DNA of 64,000 bases. Origin: an uncultured Actinomycetota bacterium. Its GTDB lineage: Bacteria > Actinomycetota > Humimicrobiia > Humimicrobiales > Humimicrobiaceae. Under the pieces are notes generated by a model that saw only the letters and a program-made list of their open reading frames with translations, was not told where the DNA came from and ran no database searches. The stretch spans positions 21,452-85,451 of the forward strand of contig CAZSXW010000004.1 in the NCBI GenBank assembly GCA_964610385.1. The letters are read 5' to 3'. Every line of letters starts with the position of its first letter. Position 1 is the first letter of the stretch. Both the position numbers and the translations under genes were made by a program. Below, piece after piece: positions 1 to 9,904 of this stretch.

Positions 1-1422
1 GCGCTCCGAAAAGGTGAGATCCATGCCATTGTGGGTGAAAACGGAGCGGGCAAGTCCACACTGATAAAGGTCATAACCGGGGTTTACGAAGAGGATGCCG
101 GTCGGATTGCTTTAAATGGAAGGCCGATCCACTTCAAGTCGCCGAAGGAAGCGCAAGACATGGGAATCGGTACGGTCTATCAGGAAATGGCGCTTTGCCT
201 CAATCTGACCGTGGCGGAGAATATGTTTATAGGTCGCGGCCAATACACTTTCGTTCAATGGAAGCAGATGACCGAAAAGGCGGCACAAATGCTCGACTCC
301 CTCGGTATTCCAGCGAGCCCGACCCAGGAACTTTCAAGCTGTTCGCTGGCGGTCCAGCAGATGATTGCGATTGCCCGCGCGGTCGATATGGACTGCAAGA
401 TTCTTATTCTTGATGAACCGACGTCTTCACTTGACGAAGATGAGGTGAAAAGAATCTTCGACCTCATGCGCGAACTTAAGTCCAGGGGTGTGGGGATCAT
501 CTTCATTACCCACTTTATCGATCAGGTATACGAGATCAGCGACAAGATTACGGTGCTTCGCAATGGAGCGTTGATCGGCGAATACCAAGCATCTGTGCTT
601 CCCCAAATCGAGCTTATCTCGAAGATGATGGGGAAGGCACTGAGTGATATCTCTAAGATAAAAAAACATGAGCCGCTTAAATCTGACAGCAGTGTACCGG
701 TATACGAGGCTACGGCACTTTCGAGTGCCGCCGGGGTAAGGCCATTCGATTTCATTATACAAAAAGGCGAGGTAAATGGGTTTGTCGGGCTGATCGGCTC
801 CGGGCGCAGCGAAAGTGCTCGCGCAATCTTCGCCGCCGACAAGGTGACGGGCGGTGAAGTCAAAATGAAAGGTAAGAAAGTGAAGATCAAATCGCCCCTA
901 AACGCCATGAAACAGGGAATCGGCTATCTACCAGAGGACCGCAAAGGCGACGGAATCATTACCGAGCTTTCGGTTCGCGACAACATTATTCTGGCCTTGC
1001 AGGTCATGAAAGGCTTTTCTAGGCCTCTTTCGAGGAAACAGGCTGAGGAATTTTCTAACCAGTATATACAGAAACTGAGCATTAAAACACCGTCCATCGA
1101 CACGCCAATCGCATCTCTTTCTGGCGGCAATCAGCAGAAGGTCATTCTAGCGCGCTGGCTACTTACGCACCCCATGTACCTGATCCTCGATGAACCCACA
1201 CGGGGAATCGATGTCGGAACCAAGGTGGAGATTCAAAAACTTGTGCTCAAGCTCGCCGAAGACGGAGTGAGCCTGACATTCATATCTTCGGAAATTGACG
1301 AAATGCTTCGAACCTGCTCTCGATTGATCGTCATGAAGGACCGTGAAATTGTCGGGGAACTCAGTGGAATGGATGTGACGGAACACGATGTTATGAGCAT
1401 GATAGCCCGGGGAGGTGAATAA
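1..1422 (+). CDS. Sugar ABC transporter ATP-binding protein with two nucleotide-binding domains (ribose/galactose/arabinose importer type); 5' end truncated by the window edge
   Basis: The reading frame is open from base 1. A Walker A motif (GENGAGKST) is followed by Q-loop and LSGGQQ signatures, and a second GxGRSE/LSGGNQQK set follows; this duplication marks the CUT2-family sugar importer ATPase. GC is about 50%, far above the rest of the window. Confidence 0.85.
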   Translation, partial: ALRKGEIHAIVGENGAGKSTLIKVITGVYEEDAGRIALNGRPIHFKSPKEAQDMGIGTVYQEMALCLNLTVAENMFIGRGQYTFVQWKQMTEKAAQMLDSLGIPASPTQELSSCSLAVQQMIAIARAVDMDCKILILDEPTSSLDEDEVKRIFDLMRELKSRGVGIIFITHFIDQVYEISDKITVLRNGALIGEYQASVLPQIELISKMMGKALSDISKIKKHEPLKSDSSVPVYEATALSSAAGVRPFDFIIQKGEVNGFVGLIGSGRSESARAIFAADKVTGGEVKMKGKKVKIKSPLNAMKQGIGYLPEDRKGDGIITELSVRDNIILALQVMKGFSRPLSRKQAEEFSNQYIQKLSIKTPSIDTPIASLSGGNQQKVILARWLLTHPMYLILDEPTRGIDVGTKVEIQKLVLKLAEDGVSLTFISSEIDEMLRTCSRLIVMKDREIVGELSGMDVTEHDVMSMIARGGE

Positions 1423-1424
1423 AT

Positions 1425-2522
1425 ATGCAAAGGTCAGAAATACACTCAGGATTAAAAGCATACTTATATCGCTTATCTAATCTATTCCTTCCCCTCTCTG
1501 TTCTGGTGCTCCTCATTGTGATTAATCTGATAAAGGGCGCCGATTACTTCAGCTTTACCATGGTAAAGGGAGCAATTTACGGGAACATACCGAATATCCT
1601 GTTCGGCGCCTCGGAGTTGGTTATTCTGTCAATAGGTATGACCCTGGTTATTGCGGCCTCACAGGGGCCGGACATAGCCATAGGTGCGGCCGCCACCATT
1701 ACTTCCGCAGTATTTGTCTGGTTCGTCTTAAATGCTGGTGAGGTCACCTTGTTGACCATAGTAGCGGCTTTCCTCTTAAGCTGCGTGGCCGGGTTAGTCA
1801 TCGGCGTATTCAACGGCTCCCTGGTCTCCATATTAAGGGTTCAGCCGGTGATTGCGACCCTTATACTGTTTATGGGGGGCAGGTCCATCGCCTTTATGAT
1901 TGACGGCAAATTGTCTCCCATAATAGCGAACGATATATCGAATCAAATCGGCACCGTAATACCGGGAGTGCCAATACAGACTCCAATAATCCTGACCGTC
2001 GTCTTCATTGCGATCGTTGCAGTGGTACTCAAGACCACGAATCTCAGGCTCTATGTTGAGTCTGTGGGAATCAACCCAGATGCTGCGCGTCTGAACGGTA
2101 TCAACCCGAAAAAGATTATATTCCTGACCTTTTTGATTATGGGAATCTGTACCGCGGTCGCAGGTTTCATCGCAGTTAACAAGGCGGGACGCCACGACAG
2201 CGTCAATCTGCTCAAGTTTATCATGATGGACGCGATTCTCGCCGTAGCAATAGGCGGAAACAAGCTCTCCGGCGGAAAGTTCAGCATCACCGGTTCTATT
2301 ATCGGCGCGTACACTATAGAGATACTGAATAGGACCCTGCTCAGGCTGGAGATAGAAACCGAGACGATTAAGGCCTTCAAGGCAGTATTCATTATCATTC
2401 TCATGGTAGTTGGATCGCCTGTGGTTAGGGTTTTTGCCGGGAAAGTCATAAACAGGATTCGAACCGGGAGATTTAGAAGCGTACTAAAGAGAAGTGCACC
2501 AAAATCTATGAAGGAGGAGTAG
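1425..2522 (+). CDS. Sugar ABC transporter permease (RbsC/AraH-like, CUT2 family)
   Basis: A hydrophobic multi-helix protein with an RbsC-like permease signature, immediately downstream of the ATPase and tightly spaced to it. Confidence 0.8.
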   Translation: MQRSEIHSGLKAYLYRLSNLFLPLSVLVLLIVINLIKGADYFSFTMVKGAIYGNIPNILFGASELVILSIGMTLVIAASQGPDIAIGAAATITSAVFVWFVLNAGEVTLLTIVAAFLLSCVAGLVIGVFNGSLVSILRVQPVIATLILFMGGRSIAFMIDGKLSPIIANDISNQIGTVIPGVPIQTPIILTVVFIAIVAVVLKTTNLRLYVESVGINPDAARLNGINPKKIIFLTFLIMGICTAVAGFIAVNKAGRHDSVNLLKFIMMDAILAVAIGGNKLSGGKFSITGSIIGAYTIEILNRTLLRLEIETETIKAFKAVFIIILMVVGSPVVRVFAGKVINRIRTGRFRSVLKRSAPKSMKEE

Positions 2523-2523
2523 G

Positions 2524-3618
2524 ATGAAATCTCTGAATGCAAACAAACCAAAAACAAGACTATCGAATTCGAATCTTCTGTTTCTCATCGCCTTGGTTAT
2601 ATTTGCACTGATGTACTTGCTTGCCGTTATAAGTTTTCCGGGCAGTTTCATGCAGTTTCAGACCTTCTTTGACCTGTTCAACCTGAACGCTCCGCTCATC
2701 ATCATGACACTTGGTCTGTGCGTAGTTATGATCGTAGGCGGCATCGACATTTCCATCGGCGCGCAGTGTGGCCTGGTAACCATGGCCTGTGCCATGTTGC
2801 TGGAATCGGAAATGGGGAGCATTTGGGGCGCCTTACTTCTCGCGCTGGGTATAGGTATCGCGTTTGGTCTTTTGCAGGGATATCTTATTGCCTATCTTGA
2901 AATACAGCCATTTATCATAACGCTGGCAGGGTTATTCTTAGCGCAAGGACTGCTGACGACACTCCACAAAGATCCGATCAACGTGACTATGCCTGCTTTT
3001 GTTGCCTTGCGGGATTTTAAAATAATGATTCCTTGGCTTGGCACGCAAAACAGACTAGGCGTTTTCATCCCGTGTCATATCAAACCAGGCGTCATAGTTG
3101 TGGTGGTCCTTGTTGTCTTCTTCGCCGCCCTTATGAAGTGGTCGCGTTTTGGGCGCAATGTCTACGCTGTTGGCGGCAATATTCAGAGCGCTCGGATTCT
3201 CGGTATCAACGTAAAGAGAACGATATTCTTCTCATACGTGATAAGCGGATTGACGGCCGGCATCGCAGGCTTTGTGTTCATCATGATAACAGGAGCAGGC
3301 AATATTGGAAACGGGGCGTTGTTCGAATTAAAAGCAATAGCCTCGAATATAATAGGCGGAATTCTGCTCAACGGCGGCGTGGGGAACCTGCTTGGCGCGC
3401 CAATAGGCACACTGACTCTTCTGGTAATCAACGAACTGATCCGTGCAGCGGGTGTCCAATCAAACTTTCAAGCGATAGTAGCCGGGCTCTTGCTGTATCT
3501 CTTCATTGTGCTGCAAGGCATTGTTATATCGTTGCGTGGCGAGAGGAAATTCAGAATTGCTCTACCGCCCTGGCTGCGGCTGCCTTGGCTGAAGGGCAAG
3601 AAGAAGGCCGAGAAATAA
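2524..3618 (+). CDS. Second sugar ABC transporter permease
   Basis: A hydrophobic permease-fold protein starting one base after the first permease; transporters with two permeases of this kind resemble the YtfT/YjfF or xylose/ribose class. Confidence 0.8.
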   Translation: MKSLNANKPKTRLSNSNLLFLIALVIFALMYLLAVISFPGSFMQFQTFFDLFNLNAPLIIMTLGLCVVMIVGGIDISIGAQCGLVTMACAMLLESEMGSIWGALLLALGIGIAFGLLQGYLIAYLEIQPFIITLAGLFLAQGLLTTLHKDPINVTMPAFVALRDFKIMIPWLGTQNRLGVFIPCHIKPGVIVVVVLVVFFAALMKWSRFGRNVYAVGGNIQSARILGINVKRTIFFSYVISGLTAGIAGFVFIMITGAGNIGNGALFELKAIASNIIGGILLNGGVGNLLGAPIGTLTLLVINELIRAAGVQSNFQAIVAGLLLYLFIVLQGIVISLRGERKFRIALPPWLRLPWLKGKKKAEK

Positions 3619-3653
3619 GGGTAGCTGAAAGGGCCTTGGAGTGCGGATAATCA

Positions 3654-3677
3654 CGGCCGAGGATGTCTTCCCGGCCG
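3654..3677 (+). terminator. Possible terminator hairpin after the ABC operon (CGGCCG, 12-nt loop, CGGCCG, then ATTATT)
   Basis: A 6-bp GC stem is visible directly in the sequence. The downstream U-tract is weak. Confidence 0.3.
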
Positions 3678-3681
3678 ATTA

Positions 3682-3711
3682 TTGACAATATATGTTTAGT
3701 TAGTTAAAATG
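3682..3711 (+). promoter_or_regulatory. Sigma-70-like promoter (TTGACA, 17-bp spacer, TAAAAT) with an overlapping imperfect palindrome
   Basis: TTGACA lies at 3682-3687 and TAAAAT at 3705-3710 after a 17-bp spacer. The palindrome GTTTAGTTAGTTAAAATGACTAACAT overlaps the -10 element. Confidence 0.5.
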
Positions 3712-3751
3712 ACTAACATATATCTTTTTGTTTGAAAGGAAAGTTTTTACA

Positions 3752-3771
3752 TTAGTTAAATAGGTAACTAA
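3752..3771 (+). promoter_or_regulatory. XylR/ROK-type operator-like palindrome TTAGTTA aatagg TAACTAA in the araA leader
   Basis: A perfect 7-bp inverted repeat with a 6-nt spacer. It resembles the B. subtilis xylO half-sites TTAGTTT...AAACTAA, and a ROK-family regulator is encoded in the operon. Confidence 0.45.
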
Positions 3772-3896
3772 ATAAAAGAATTGTTTTATTTATAACAGTT
3801 AAATACTAATTTGCAATAATATACTTGAGTAAGAACTATAATTTTTAAAATATATAATAGCTATAAAAGATTAAGATTATATAAGAAAGGTATGAA

Positions 3897-5288
3897 ATGG
3901 TAAAAATAGGATTTGTACCATCACACAGAGCACCATTTAATAAAGAATGGGCTATAGATATGAAAAAAAGGGTAATAAAATCAATAGAGAAAAATGTAAA
4001 AAATGTAGAATTGATATACCCTGATGAAGAATTAACGGATGGTGGATTGGTTACTTATATGGAAGACGCAAAAAAGGTAATAAAACTATTTAAAGAAAAA
4101 AATATACAGGGTCTGATTATAGGTATGGTAACTTTTGGTGAAGAGATACCCAATCTTATAGTGGCAGAAGCTTTTGAAAATATTCCGATTCAGGTTTTTG
4201 GAACGAAAGAAGGACCGTTCACTGAAGATGGGAACAGAAAATCTGACTCATTCTGCGGCACCATATCTACTGCTTCGGGACTGGTAAGGAGGAATATAAA
4301 ATTTGATTTTTCAGGCATTTATTTTCCTGAAGAAGAGGGATTCATATCTGATGTGATAAGGTTTAGTAAGGCAGTGATGGCTAATGCAGGCTTTATAGGC
4401 ATGAAAATAGGGGCTCTGGGTCCAAGGCCGGCTCCTTTTGAGACTTGTGCCATAAATGAGATTGATCTTATAAATAAGTTTAGGATCAAGGTCGTGCCTT
4501 ACACCCTTCTTCAACTAAAGGCGGATATAGACAAAACCAAAGATAGTGATGTAGAAGGATTAAAGAAGGAGATAATAAATAATTACGATGAAAAGCTTGC
4601 AGACGAAAAGATTATCTCTAAAATTGCCAAACTTGAATATATGATGAGAAAATACGCAGCGAAGGATGATCTCTCTGGCTTTGGAGTACAATGCTGGACA
4701 GCAATGCAGGAAGAGATAGGAATATCCCCCTGTCTAAGTATGGGGAGGCTAACGGATAGCGGCATAATGTGTGCCTGCGAAGTTGATATATTGGGTTCTA
4801 TTACCATGGTTATACAGCATCTCCTGACGTTCAAGCAGAGCGTACCGCATTTTGTTGACTGGACTATACAGAACCAGGAAAATGAAAATGTTTTTCTTTC
4901 ATGGCATTGTGGAAACGGTCCGATAAGTTTGAAGTGTAAATCCTGTATTCCTCAAATAAACACCCATTCAATACTCGGTTGGATGATCGGTTATGACAAG
5001 AGTTTTGGAACGGCGGAGTTTCAATTAAAAGAAGGAATCGTAACCATAAACAGGCTTGTAGAAGTAAACGGAAAATTTAAGATGTTTTCTACGGTTGGTG
5101 AGGCCATACCGGACGATAGAAAATTAAGGGGAACCTGGAAATGGATAAAGGTAAATGACCTTAAAAAGGTTTACAGGACCGTAATAGAGGAAGGGTTTGT
5201 TCATCATGCGAGTATAATCTTTGGAGACATGAGAAAAGAGATTAATACTTTCTGTAAATTTACGGGCATAGATGTTGTAGAAGTCTAG
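3897..5288 (+). CDS. araA: L-arabinose isomerase of the non-canonical FucI-like family (Clostridia type, about 460-490 aa)
   Basis: The protein is of L-fucose/L-arabinose isomerase family size and fold. The assignment rests on operon context: a ROK regulator, a clear AraB ribulokinase and an AraD epimerase follow directly. Confidence 0.6.
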   Translation: MVKIGFVPSHRAPFNKEWAIDMKKRVIKSIEKNVKNVELIYPDEELTDGGLVTYMEDAKKVIKLFKEKNIQGLIIGMVTFGEEIPNLIVAEAFENIPIQVFGTKEGPFTEDGNRKSDSFCGTISTASGLVRRNIKFDFSGIYFPEEEGFISDVIRFSKAVMANAGFIGMKIGALGPRPAPFETCAINEIDLINKFRIKVVPYTLLQLKADIDKTKDSDVEGLKKEIINNYDEKLADEKIISKIAKLEYMMRKYAAKDDLSGFGVQCWTAMQEEIGISPCLSMGRLTDSGIMCACEVDILGSITMVIQHLLTFKQSVPHFVDWTIQNQENENVFLSWHCGNGPISLKCKSCIPQINTHSILGWMIGYDKSFGTAEFQLKEGIVTINRLVEVNGKFKMFSTVGEAIPDDRKLRGTWKWIKVNDLKKVYRTVIEEGFVHHASIIFGDMRKEINTFCKFTGIDVVEV

Positions 5289-5355
5289 ATACTTGAACTA
5301 CAATATTTAAATACTATATAATATAAGCAAAAAATTTTATGATATAAGTTTTAAT

Positions 5356-6612
5356 ATGATTTATGGAAGAGAAAAAAGTAATATTTCATTAAAAGAAATA
5401 AACAAGAAAAACATCCTCAAGATAATAATTGATGTGGGACCAATATCCCGAATTGATATTTCAAGAAGGCTTAAAATAAGCCGGCCTACTACTTCTGCTT
5501 ATATAAGTGAATTAATTAATGATGGCCTCATAGAAGAAATCGGTAAGAGTGATTCTACGTCTTTGGGGGGTAAAAAAGCTATTTTGCTCCAGTTTAATGC
5601 CAGAGCGAGTCATATATTGGGAGCGATGATAGGAGTAAAGACTATAAGGATTGCCCTTACGGATTTAAGCTCAAACATAATAGAAATGATGAAGATTCCA
5701 ACTAAAGAATGGCTCGGGCCCAAAGAGGTCATGAACGAACTGGTAAAAAGTTTGAGGAGTATCGTTAAGTTATCCGGTATTAATAAGGAAGAAATAATAG
5801 GAATTGGAATAGGGGCCACAGGGCTGGTCGACAGCAGGAATGGACTGGTCATTTTTTCTCCAAATCTATTTGGCTGGAGTAATATAAAGCTTAAGGAGAT
5901 CATAGAGAAAAAACTTGAGCTTCCAACTTTTATCGAAAATGAGTGCAGGGTCCAGGCAATAGCAGAAAAAAAATATGGACTTGCAAAATACATTAAGGAT
6001 TTTGTGTGCGTTGAGACCGGAATAGGTATAGGTACCGGAGTATTTATAGACAACAAGCTTATAGTCGGAGAAAAAGGAATGGCAGGAGAAATAGGTCATA
6101 TAATAACCAATCTCGCGGGTAATAGAAAGTGCCACTGTGGCAATATAGGCTGTCTTGAGACATTATGCTCGGTTAATTCTCTTATGGAGGATATAAGGGA
6201 TGACATTAAAAAAAGTAAGAAGTCTTCTGATTATAACAGCAAACTTAAAATAAAGGACCTGTACCAGCTTTATGAACAGGGTGATAAAATAGTGACCAGA
6301 AATGTAGATAAGAATGCTGAATACCTGGGTATCGGAATTTCCAATGCGATTAAAATGTTTAATCCAGAACTTATTATAATTCACGGCGAAGTCATAAAAT
6401 TTGGAAAAAATTATTTAACAAAAGTTAAGAAATCGGTTTCCCAAAATACTTTCCCGAAGGTTAAAGATGAATATAATATCCAGTTTTCAGAGCTGGGTGA
6501 AGAAGTGGGAGTTATCGGAGCTACATCTATAGTTTTTGATAATATTTTTGATCTTGAGAATTCAAATATTGCAGGTCATTATATTATAAAGAAAAAAATA
6601 AGCAGGGTTTAG
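5356..6612 (+). CDS. ROK-family transcriptional regulator (N-terminal HTH plus sugar-kinase-like domain); likely repressor of the arabinose operon
   Basis: An N-terminal HTH (ISRIDISRRLKISRPTTSAYISEL), a ROK glycine-rich region, and a zinc-binding CHCGNIGCLE motif. Confidence 0.75.
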   Translation: MIYGREKSNISLKEINKKNILKIIIDVGPISRIDISRRLKISRPTTSAYISELINDGLIEEIGKSDSTSLGGKKAILLQFNARASHILGAMIGVKTIRIALTDLSSNIIEMMKIPTKEWLGPKEVMNELVKSLRSIVKLSGINKEEIIGIGIGATGLVDSRNGLVIFSPNLFGWSNIKLKEIIEKKLELPTFIENECRVQAIAEKKYGLAKYIKDFVCVETGIGIGTGVFIDNKLIVGEKGMAGEIGHIITNLAGNRKCHCGNIGCLETLCSVNSLMEDIRDDIKKSKKSSDYNSKLKIKDLYQLYEQGDKIVTRNVDKNAEYLGIGISNAIKMFNPELIIIHGEVIKFGKNYLTKVKKSVSQNTFPKVKDEYNIQFSELGEEVGVIGATSIVFDNIFDLENSNIAGHYIIKKKISRV

Positions 6613-6649
6613 TACAGATTATAGTAAATATCTTTGTAAAAACGACACA

Positions 6650-8311
6650 ATGAAAAAGTCTAGATATGTAATAGGTATTGATTTTGGGACCGATTCTGTA
6701 CGTTCAGTTATTGTGGATACCTCTGACGGTAAAGAGATATCATACGGAGTTTCATATTTTAAAAAATGGGGGGAAGGCAAGTACTGCGATCCTGAAAATA
6801 ATCGGTTCCGCCAGCATCCCGTAGATCATATTAAATCCCTTGAAGAATCAATGGCAGGTGCCATAAAGGAAGCTTCCTTAGGTAAAGATGACGATATAGC
6901 AGGTATAGGAGTGGCTACCACTGGTTCTACTGCAGGGCCGGTAGATGAAGATGGAACAGTTCTGGCCTTGAGGAAAGATTTTAAAGACAATCCGAATGCT
7001 ATGTTCGTGATGTGGAAGGATCACAGTACTGTAGAAGAAGCAGAGTTGATAAATGAGACTGCCAAGTCCTGGGGTGGAGAGGATTATACCAAGTATGAAG
7101 GAGGAGTGTATTCTTCAGAATGGTTCTGGGCAAAAATACTGCATATACTGAGGGAAGACCAAAAGGTAAAAAGAGCTGCTTTCTCCTGGATCGAGCATGC
7201 AGACTGGATACCAGCCATACTGACCGGTAATATAAACCCGTTGAAGATAAGAAGAAGTCGATGTGCGGCAGGCCACAAGGCAATGTGGCATGCTTCCTGG
7301 GGAGGACTTCCTCCGGAAGAATTCCTGGTAAAAATTTCGCCTCTGTTAAAAGGTATTAGAAATAGGTTATATACCGAGACTTACACTTCAGATTATGTTG
7401 CAGGAGGATTAAATAAAAGCTGGGCTAAAAAACTTAATTTAAAGGAAGATATTCCTGTTTCTGTAGGAGCTTACGATGCTCACATGGGAGCAGTCGGAGC
7501 AGGGGTTAAACCGGGTACTTTTGTAAAAATAATAGGCACCTCCTGCTGTGATATAGCAGTAAGCCCCAAAAACGTGATTGGAGAAAAACTGATATCCGGT
7601 ATATGCGGTCAGGTTGATGGATCAGTGATACCGGGTATGATAGGACTGGAAGCAGGACAATCTGCTTATGGGGATGTATATGCCTGGTTCCAGGGTCTAC
7701 TTTCCTGGCCTTGTGAAGAAATATCATCAGGTATTGCAAATAAACAAAAAATAAAGGAAACCATCGACCTGATCATTACTGAACTGACCGAAGCAGCCTC
7801 AAAAATAAAACCAGAGAATAATAATTTGATCGCCCTGGACTGGCTGAACGGGAGAAGAACTCCTTATGCAGACCAGAAATTAAAAGGAGCGATTTTAGGC
7901 ATAACTCTGGGGACCAATGCTCCCAGAATTTTCAGGACACTGGTGGAAGCAACAGCATTTGGCGCTAAAGCCATAATAGAGAGGTTTCACGAGGAAGATA
8001 TTATTATAAAACAGGTTGTGGCCATTGGAGGAATACCTAAAAAGTCACCACTTGTGATCCAGGTGCTGTCTGATGTACTTGATATGCCGGTGAAGGTGAC
8101 AAAGTCCGAACAATCTGTTGCATTGGGAGCTGCCATTTTTGGAGCAGTAGCGGCTGGAATATATAAATCCGTGGAGGAAGCTCAGAAATATATGACATCG
8201 GATTTTGAGACTGTATATTATCCCGATAAGAAAAACATATCCATTTACGATCATCTGTATGAAAGATATAGGAAAATAGGTGATATACTGGAGGATGAAT
8301 TAAGAAAGTGA
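6650..8311 (+). CDS. araB: L-ribulokinase
   Basis: 553 aa of the FGGY kinase family. Long stretches are near-identical to E. coli AraB (GIDFGTDSVR, NPNAMFVMWKDHSTVEEAE, YSSEWFWAKILH, RCAAGHKAMWH, ICGQVDGSVIPG). Confidence 0.9.
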   Translation: MKKSRYVIGIDFGTDSVRSVIVDTSDGKEISYGVSYFKKWGEGKYCDPENNRFRQHPVDHIKSLEESMAGAIKEASLGKDDDIAGIGVATTGSTAGPVDEDGTVLALRKDFKDNPNAMFVMWKDHSTVEEAELINETAKSWGGEDYTKYEGGVYSSEWFWAKILHILREDQKVKRAAFSWIEHADWIPAILTGNINPLKIRRSRCAAGHKAMWHASWGGLPPEEFLVKISPLLKGIRNRLYTETYTSDYVAGGLNKSWAKKLNLKEDIPVSVGAYDAHMGAVGAGVKPGTFVKIIGTSCCDIAVSPKNVIGEKLISGICGQVDGSVIPGMIGLEAGQSAYGDVYAWFQGLLSWPCEEISSGIANKQKIKETIDLIITELTEAASKIKPENNNLIALDWLNGRRTPYADQKLKGAILGITLGTNAPRIFRTLVEATAFGAKAIIERFHEEDIIIKQVVAIGGIPKKSPLVIQVLSDVLDMPVKVTKSEQSVALGAAIFGAVAAGIYKSVEEAQKYMTSDFETVYYPDKKNISIYDHLYERYRKIGDILEDELRK

Positions 8312-9009
8312 TTCTTTCAAGTTTAAAAAAGGAAGTGTATAAAGCCAATATAAGACTTTTTTCAAGCGGGCTTGTTACATCAACATTCGGGAATGTATCA
8401 GGAATTGATAGGGAGAGTTCCCTTGTAGCGATTAAGCCCAGTGGAGTTCGATATGATAAACTGACTTATAAAGATATGGTAGTAGTAGATCTTGAGGGGA
8501 ATAAAGTAGAAGGAAAACTGAACCCTTCCTCGGACACGAAGACCCACCTGGAGCTTTATAAGAATTTTTCAGATATTGGTGGTGTTGCTCATACTCATTC
8601 GATCTATGCTACTGCCTGGGCGCAGGCCAAAAGGGCTATACCCTGCTTTGGAACTACTCATGCAGATTTTTTTTATGGAGAGGTACCCTGTACTGGAGTT
8701 ATAAGCGACAGTTCCATATCCAGAGATTATGAGCTGGAGACCGGAAGGCTGATCGTTGATACTTTTAAATCCAGAGACTATCATAGTGTAAAGGCGGTAC
8801 TGGTTGCATGTCATGGTCCTTTCAGCTGGGGAGAGGATGCAGAAGAGGCTGTAAAGATAAGTATCGCATTGGAAGAGCTTGCAGAGATTGCACTCTACTC
8901 ATTGATGATCGACCCGAAGCTTAAAAATATAAAAAAAAGTCTTCTTGAGAAACACTATTTGAGAAAGCATGGAAGAAGTGCTTATTATGGTCAGGAAAAG
9001 AAGCACTGA
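8308..9009 (+). CDS. araD: L-ribulose-5-phosphate 4-epimerase (class II aldolase family)
   Basis: 233 aa that align end to end with E. coli AraD (FGNVSGIDRE, IKPSGV, PSSDT, HTHS, TTHADFFYG, HGPFSWG, LEKHYLRKHG). Its start overlaps the araB stop. Confidence 0.9.
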   Translation: MILSSLKKEVYKANIRLFSSGLVTSTFGNVSGIDRESSLVAIKPSGVRYDKLTYKDMVVVDLEGNKVEGKLNPSSDTKTHLELYKNFSDIGGVAHTHSIYATAWAQAKRAIPCFGTTHADFFYGEVPCTGVISDSSISRDYELETGRLIVDTFKSRDYHSVKAVLVACHGPFSWGEDAEEAVKISIALEELAEIALYSLMIDPKLKNIKKSLLEKHYLRKHGRSAYYGQEKKH

Positions 9010-9256
9010 AATATCTAAAGCTTGAATCACAATATTACTGCTTGAGCTGTATGGTATCTTTCGGTAATCGATAAATAAACGATATATCAAAATACAGCAG
9101 CATTATAAATTGAATAAATCAGAAACTTATAGTAATATTTCTTTTAATATTTATTCTACGGATTTTAGGGCAGTAATTTACGGTTTTAAAATATTTATAT
9201 CTTTTTGTTTTTCTGGAACTTTTGTACTAGTATAATATATCTCTAATATATCTATT

Positions 9257-9895
9257 ATGAGCATTGATCTACTTTACAAAATTTTAATAGTAATAACATC
9301 ATACCTCTTTGGTTCTTTCCCTACTGCATATGTCATACATAAAATAAAAAAGGGCGATGATATAAGGAAATACGGCAGTGGAAATGTTGGCGGGACTAAT
9401 GTCACACGTACTCTTGGAGTGACTTATGGCGTTATAACCATAATAGCAGATATCATAAAAGGATTTATACCCATACTGGTGTTATACTTTTTTTATCCCC
9501 AGGATTTTATACTTATTGCAGTTGTGTCTGTGGTTGTCATACTGGGACACGATTTTCCTGTCTTTATCAATTTTAAAGGTGGAAAAGGGATCGCAGTTTC
9601 TTTTGGGGTGATAGTAGGGATCTCCAGCCTTCCATTTATGAATAATCCCGTATGGCTGGAAATAATTCCTATTTTTGCCATTCTGGGTACCTGGGCTTTG
9701 GTCTTTGGTATATTTAGAATCGTGTCTATCGGATCATTATGCGCGGCCGTAATTACTCCCATCTCATTTTTTTTTACCGAGTATAACTGGCCGATAGTGA
9801 CTGCAGCATTTTTTTGGGGGTTACTTGTTTTTATCACTCATAGGGAAAATATCAGAAGATTGATAAGAGGAGAGGAGAAAAAACTTAAGAGATAA
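9257..9895 (+). CDS. plsY: Glycerol-3-phosphate acyltransferase PlsY
   Basis: An integral membrane protein of about 210 aa carrying the GSGNVGGTNV motif. Confidence 0.85.
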   Translation: MSIDLLYKILIVITSYLFGSFPTAYVIHKIKKGDDIRKYGSGNVGGTNVTRTLGVTYGVITIIADIIKGFIPILVLYFFYPQDFILIAVVSVVVILGHDFPVFINFKGGKGIAVSFGVIVGISSLPFMNNPVWLEIIPIFAILGTWALVFGIFRIVSIGSLCAAVITPISFFFTEYNWPIVTAAFFWGLLVFITHRENIRRLIRGEEKKLKR

Positions 9896-9904
9896 GGGGA
9901 ATAA

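Noticed and set aside
3033-3650. 205-aa alternative-frame ORF inside the second ABC permease
   Set aside because: It is an Arg/Cys-rich translation of a GC-rich region and so a frame artefact. The permease frame has a clear membrane-protein signature.
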